NCBI RefSeq assembly: GCF_009914755.1
Contig: NC_060941.1
Direction: 5' to 3' (one strand)
DNA length: 64,000 nucleotides
Source: the human T2T-CHM13v2.0 reference genome, Homo sapiens
Shown: one piece after another, positions 61,190 to 64,000 of the stretch
Layout of the letters: each line of letters starts with the position of its first letter
Position numbering within the stretch: the first letter of the stretch is position 1
Position numbers and translations under genes: made by a program
The notes under the pieces: generated by a model
The model's input: only the letters and a program-made list of their open reading frames with translations
What the model was told of the DNA's origin: nothing
Database searches by the model: none

Positions 61190-63870
61190 CCAATCATCAA
61201 TATGTACATATTTAGCATCTTTGATATGTCTCATGATGAACTGGGAGCTGCAAAAAAAATGACATAGTTCAGAAGTAAGAGAAAGAGGTGTGAGTGGAAA
61301 TGAGGGGGCCATGTGATGATGCTAAGAAGGACACCTGTGTGGGTCCTGAGTTCTGAGACCTGGATTTTCATTCAGTGCCCTGTAGCTAATGCTGGGCAAA
61401 TTACCACAATACTCTGAGCCCATTTTCTTCATGTTTAAATGAGAATTAAATGAAAACATCTACATAAACCTCTTAGCAAGGTCCCTGACCCAGAAAATGC
61501 TCACTAATTTCCAGTATTATTTTTATATTCACTTGCCATGTGAATCTGGGCAAACACTGACGTTGATTGAGCATAGCTCTCCTTAAAGCTCCCTCAGGGA
61601 CCACCAGAAAAAAATGTAGGAGATGTTTAGGGAAGGAAGATAACTGACACATCATACTTACCAGAAGAAAACACATTAATAAATCATTAACCTGCTACAC
61701 AGAAGAAAGAGAGTACCTAGATTGTAGAGGGAAGGAGTTGAGGAGAGTGACAGAGGAGGTGCATATTGAGTCTATTTTTGAAGGAGGAATATAAGGTCAT
61801 TAGAGAAAAAGACTGAAAGAACATAACATTGTCAGGGGTCAATATGATCAGAACATGGGCGACTATGATGAGCAGCTGAATGTCAGCCTGGAAAGGCCTG
61901 TTGGGTTGGAAAGACCCAATCTGTCATGCTGAGAGAGTCCTTAGTCTTGCCAGCAGAAATGCCTACATTAGGCTTGTGCAGTAAGTTTATCCCATGCTCA
62001 TGAGAGTAATCCCCAGTTGAATATTATGCAGCTACTAAGCACTTTAACCCCTTGATTCCAAGAGTCTATAATCAAGCCCTTTAACTTTCTCATTACTCTT
62101 TTTAGTTAGAAAAGAAATTGTACCTGCTAAAGATTTATCACAGGGCTTTAGGAGAAACTACATGCTATTGTTTCTCTAAATCCTATGAATTCCAGTTAAA
62201 TACAATTTTATTGCATTAATAACACTGAGGAAAAAATTAATTTGGAAAATATACCTTCTGCTTAGTTATAGTGATAGTTTCACCTTCTCTTATGGTTCTG
62301 CATCATCAGTATCACATGATGCAAGAAAAATGATTTCAGTACAGTCTCCTAAGTTTAAAGCTGTTAACCAGATGCTGAAGCAGGTAGATAGCAATTGATA
62401 CAGCCAGTGCCTTCATTCATCTATCCATGTGTTCACATTTAAACATTTGTTGAACAACCAATAGAAAATGCAAAAGATGCAAACATCTGTGAGATAGGAG
62501 CTATGCCATCAAGGAGGTTGTAATCTACATTATTATGAATATTAATGATATTATTTACCGAGTGCTTGTGATATGCCAGACACTACCATATATTAACACA
62601 TTCAATCATCTCAACAACCTTATTGAATAAGCAGTCAATAGGCATTACAAATAGGCATTATGATCTTTATTTTACAAATGAAAAACCTAAGCTACAAAAA
62701 GATTAATTAACTTTCCCAGCATCACATAGCTCTTAAGTGGCAGAAAAGTCTAGGACTCAGGTGTTCTGGGTCCAGAGTCCATGATCTTGCTGACTATTCT
62801 ATGTAGATAAGGGATGCAATTTATATGCACAGATAAATAATTGTTTAAGACAATGTAACTGTCAGAATAGAGATAAATTATGAGGCCCAAGATAAGAGAG
62901 AAATTTTACCTGGGTAGGGTCATCTGGGAGGTTTCCAAATGGACAAGTTCATTGAGACAGAATTAGGGGAATATAATATTAGTAGTGTCGGTCTATTGAC
63001 ACTAACTCAGTGACTGTCATTGTGCTACATATATACATATACACGTGGGTTAGCTTTTATAATCTCCTGATAACTCTGTGGAGCAAATTACTTTAATTCC
63101 CATTATGTAGGAGTAAGAAGCCAAGGTTAGAAAGCTTAAATAACTTTCTCAAGCTTGTAGACTTGTGAGTGTCTTAGTCAGGGTTTTAATCAAGAAAATT
63201 GACTTCAGAGCAAGTCCTGATATACTGTACTACCTTGCTAGGAAAAAAGGAAGGAAGCAAATATTTTTGTTAAATAAAAAGTATTTTTGGGTAATTAGTA
63301 ATTGCCACTTAATTTATCTTATTCATGAATCTAACTTTTCAAATAATATGTTTGATTAGGTCAGAATTTAATTTGGTTAAAAATGTATTGAGGGGCCATT
63401 ACACATCAGGATCTCGGTTAGATGCTGGTGTTAAAAATATGAATAGACCAGGTATGATCTCAACCTTTGGGAAGTAGAGGAGACAGGCACATATGAGATT
63501 TGTATAAGGTTAGTAGTAAAATTATGCACCAGATTTGAAGGTAGCTCAACAGTGATTTATTGATTCACTCTATTGGGAGGCAGGCTGAGAGTGCTGGATC
63601 TTGGAATTAAGAAGAGATTCTCATAAAAAGGATCACTTGAAAAGTATTTGAAAGGAAAAACAGGTGTTTTTTTTATGTTGGTCAAGGGAAGAAGGGGCAT
63701 TCTGGTAAGAGGAAACAATGCATTCAAAGGCATGTTATTATGAGCCAGCATAATAGTTCAACACACAGTTCAGCAATCTCAGTCCACTGAATGAAGAGGT
63801 AGGAGAGTGGCAGGTGGTAAGATTAGAGAGGCAGTATTAAGGACATCTAGAAATCTCATCAAGGCTGTAT
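61190..63870. mobile_element. Scattered L2 and MIR fragments
   Basis: Degenerate L2 (purine-rich, aggcacatatg, ggcattctggtaagaggaaac) and MIR (attttacaaatgaaaaa, cccagcatcacatagct) motifs. Confidence 0.55.
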
Positions 63871-64000
63871 TTAACCAAAACACACATCCTACTCTGTTTT
63901 TAATAGTAGGATTTAACTAGATTAAATGACATCTTCCAGCCATATACATATAATCTTGACATGAAGGACAACTATGCCTACCACATGTCACTTTTTGTAA

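Overview
Primate (most likely human) genomic DNA, AT-rich and dominated by interspersed repeats. I recognise no intact protein-coding gene, RNA gene or CRISPR array, and almost every ORF in the track comes from Alu, L1 or LTR sequence. Main elements: (1) an L1PA7/8-type LINE (+, ~7041-13391) interrupted by an LTR12F/ERV9-type 5' LTR plus leader carrying a tRNA-Pro primer site, with a deletion that removed the rest of the provirus and the L1 RT region; (2) a 5'-truncated L1PA (-, ~19313-20650); (3) a two-LTR, non-coding MER57-type ERV1 provirus (23897-29647) with an AGAC target-site duplication (TSD); (4) a 3'-truncated L1PA (-, ~33607-37563); (5) a processed ISCA1 pseudogene (~49206-51187) whose 3' TSD was later hit by an AluSp. 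I did not find a new multi-gene biological system. The most unusual signals are repair or template-switch scars, above all an ~290-bp patchwork inside an MLT1 LTR that appears copied in both orientations from the L1 2 kb away, with which it shares an 8-bp deletion. Also notable are a phased GAAAATAAAT cluster in unique sequence, overlapping AT-rich palindromes and a long GGAA microsatellite. Subfamily names come from my recall of consensus sequences, not from a RepeatMasker run.
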